Positions 61,255 to 64,000 of a DNA stretch of 64,000 nt are shown here, piece after piece (position 1 is the stretch's first letter; the number at the start of each line of letters is the position of its first letter). This DNA is from Camelus dromedarius (Eukaryota), in the NCBI RefSeq assembly GCF_036321535.1, contig NC_087436.1:87050001-87114000 (forward strand), given 5' to 3'. Below the pieces are notes generated by a model, which saw only the letters and a list, made by a program, of their open reading frames with translations, did no database searches and was not told the origin of the DNA. Position numbers and translations under genes: made by a program.

Positions 61255-64000
61255 GTACTGAGTCCTTGGTGATCCATCTGAATGGGAGCCCCGAGGTAGG
61301 AGTGGGAAGGGTGGGCCGGGGCCCTTTGTTCAACTTCCCAGCACTTCCCATCTCCATCCGCCTGCCTTCTCTCCCACCTGCTCCTTCTGCCGGTCCCAGG
61401 AACCACCATGACCCGACGTGCGTGGAGGGAGCAGGGAGGTCTCACCTACTCTGGGCAGTAAGGGCTAAGATGCTATTCCTGATTCCTACAGGGCATGTAT
61501 TCTCTGGTGTCTGATCAGTGCTTAGCTACTCAAGAGTTTTCACTGCTTTCCATCCTCCAGATTATTGAGGGAGGCTCCCGGGACTATCTCTGCACTGTGG
61601 CAGGGAGAGGGCAGGGCTGGAGGAGTTTGGGAAGACATGTTGTTGGGACAATGACGAGCATAGTATCTTTCTCCCCTGTAGCCTCCTGCCAGGCACCATC
61701 TCACTTCAGACACAGCCTTCTTGGTTTTACAGGCCTGGGTTTGATTCCTACCTCTGCCTTCTACTGGCCACGTGATCTGAGTGGGAAAAGCCCTCAGTAT
61801 TCTCCTGTAGGCAACCAGGCAGGGTGGCAGTAAACCTTAAATCAGAGAAGGGAGAAAATGTGCCTCTTAGCACAGTGCGTGGCACCTGACCCTCCATAAA
61901 GGTGGCTGCAGTTCTCATTATCAGCCATTCCTGAGCGGTCACCACCCTGCCCCGCAGGAGTGGCTGAGGCTGCTGGCAGGAGGCAGCAGGGGTCCAGGGA
62001 GAGGGACTTCAGGCAAAGGCAAGGACTTCCCGGGCTCTGGCAGCTCTAATCTGGCTGGGGAAGCAAGGCCTGTAACTAGCAAGACTAGAAATCCCTGCCT
62101 TCGTGGGTTCCGCAGAACAGTGCCTGAGACAGGGACGTGGGAGCAGGTAGTTGACATGGAGATGATCCCAGGAAGCAGAAGGGAGGGGTCAGAAGAGACA
62201 GTGGAGGGAGAAGAGCCAGAGAAGAGAGCCCTGTGGGCTGGTCATCGCTGTGGTTGACTGAGGTTCTGTCCTCTGGGGGCTTGAAGAGCCTCAGAACTGT
62301 CCTGCTGGGGGACAGGGACCCGGGACATCTTCCCATTCACTCTCCCTCCACCCCGCCCCCACCTCATAGTTGAGACTCGCCTCCTGGGACCTGTCTTCAG
62401 CTTTGTGCTGGGTCTGCATGCGGCCGAGCGGCTTTCTGTGGTTTGGAGGAAGCAAAACAGAGATGCGAGTGTGGTGCCTCAGGCAGGACCCCGGCTCGGG
62501 CGTGGGGGGGACTGTCCACCATGGGACACAGAACCTGGGTGGTATTCCAGCCACGCCTGGCTGCTGGGGGTGCCGCTGCCACGTCGCCACCCACCACCAT
62601 ATATATCCACCCACCACTGTGTATATCCAGTCATCCAGCTAAGGAGCCCCCATCCTTGCCTTCTGTGAAGTCCTACCCATTGTTCCAAGCCCTCCCTGCA
62701 TCTCTGCCAGCGTCCAAAATCTGTACTCTGTATGCAGCAGTAGACAGCTTGCTGACTGCCTCCCACTTGCTGACATAGCCTCTTCAAGCCACCATGAATT
62801 CCTTGAGGACAAAGGCTAGGCCTTCTCAGGCTTGAGCACAGGGCAGGAGTTCTGTAAGCCTTGGGGTCTTGACTTGGGGCAGGAGAACTGGTGTGGTGTT
62901 TTGAGGGTGGCTGGGCCACCTGGCAACGTAGAGAAGGCCTGGTTCCTAGGGGTCTCCAGACACCCAACTAAGAAAAGGGACCCAGGTATGTAGGGAGCCA
63001 CTGCAGTTTCTTGAGCAGGGGAGTGACTAGTCATTGGCTGTGACCATTTCTGCTGTTGCTAACACCTGTCATGGTCTTAGCTGGTGGAATTTCTGATAAA
63101 GAGGTAAATTCTGCCTCGTTTCACACCCTCTCTGTCAGCAGTGTACAGGATCTGTTTAGTGAGCAGTTGTCTTTTCGAATAAGACTTTTTTTTTTAATCA
63201 GAAAGCACACTTCTCACTGCCCCTCACATGGTAAACCCAATTCTTCGCTGTTCCGAACAGTGATGCATTGTAACAGCCCAACAGACGTGTTAATCCCCAC
63301 TTTAAAAGGATAAAATGCAGACGTTTTCAAAGCCGTGTGACCTGAGTTTGACAACAGAGGCCCGGAATCTGCAGTGGCTCAGAGGCTTGGCTGTAGTCCG
63401 ACCGCCCTTCTTCTCAGTCATCTGCAGAGACAGCAGCTCAAAGAAGTTAGCTTTGTCTGCTACTTGTCCTTTGTGCAAAAAGTTCCCCCCGGAGGGTTAA
63501 CAGACCCTGGGATGATTCCAAAGGGGAGTGTTTACCATAGTGCCCTCACTTCCAAGTCTGTGAAGGGAGGTGGATTACCTGCCTGTTTGCTGGAGTGACA
63601 CCTGCGGGGGCAGGTCTCTATTAGACCCCAGCAGGCTCACAGCTAACTCTGCCCAGATCGGAGACGTGACCAGCGCTGGGTCTTTAAAAGTGCAGCAGGA
63701 ATTAGGCCTGGCCATTCTAGCTATACCCAAAAAGGCAGGCGGTCCAGTTCCATCTCCTGCTTAGACTTCTGTCGGAATACACGTAGCAACTGACTGAAGG
63801 GGCAGGTTCCTCAGAATCACCCCCAAACACACATCTGGCGACTGGTAGTGACTCTGACTTGCCCACTGATGTAAACAGCGATAGTACGCGTAACTGATAT
63901 GCCCCTCCCGTTGCAGCCTACCTGAGCCCTCGGCAGTTAGGACCATCTCCTCCCTACGAGTCCACATCTGCCCCTGGGAGCTCTTGCTCTCCAGTGCTGC
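61255..64000 (+). other. SCFD2: Start of the next SCFD2 intron; terminal exon lies beyond the window
   Basis: Donor gtactg at 61255. No sequence encoding the expected SCFD2 C-terminus was found downstream. Confidence 0.8.

Noticed and set aside
62291..62967. Cluster of overlapping ORFs on both strands
   Set aside because: Expected in locally GC-rich sequence; no domain or splice support, and none matches the expected SCFD2 terminal exon.

Overview
Mammalian genomic DNA, most likely camelid (camel/alpaca/vicuna), inferred from about 11 copies of a tRNA-derived SINE of the camelid vic-1 type. The whole window lies inside the 3' half of SCFD2 (Sec1 family domain containing 2) on the + strand. 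Three coding exons are recognisable (34042-34187, 46066-46200, 61135-61254; probably exons 6-8 by my recollection of the human structure) and splice into one continuous frame. The terminal exon is not in the window. The rest is intron, filled with L1, L2, MIR, MaLR/ERVL LTRs, hAT and Tigger DNA transposon fossils and microsatellites. None of the ORFs in the supplied track looks like a real gene. The most notable observations concern splicing: a GC-AG intron, an exon that begins with a strong 5' splice-site sequence (a recursive/re-splicing candidate) and has a weak donor followed by G-runs, and an in-frame upstream AG. There is also a 97-bp tandem duplication inside a MIR, nested L1 insertions with target-site duplications (TSDs), and candidate CTCF, RFX and CRE motifs. 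I found no convincing evidence of a novel multi-gene system. Repeat boundaries and subfamily names are by-eye estimates.
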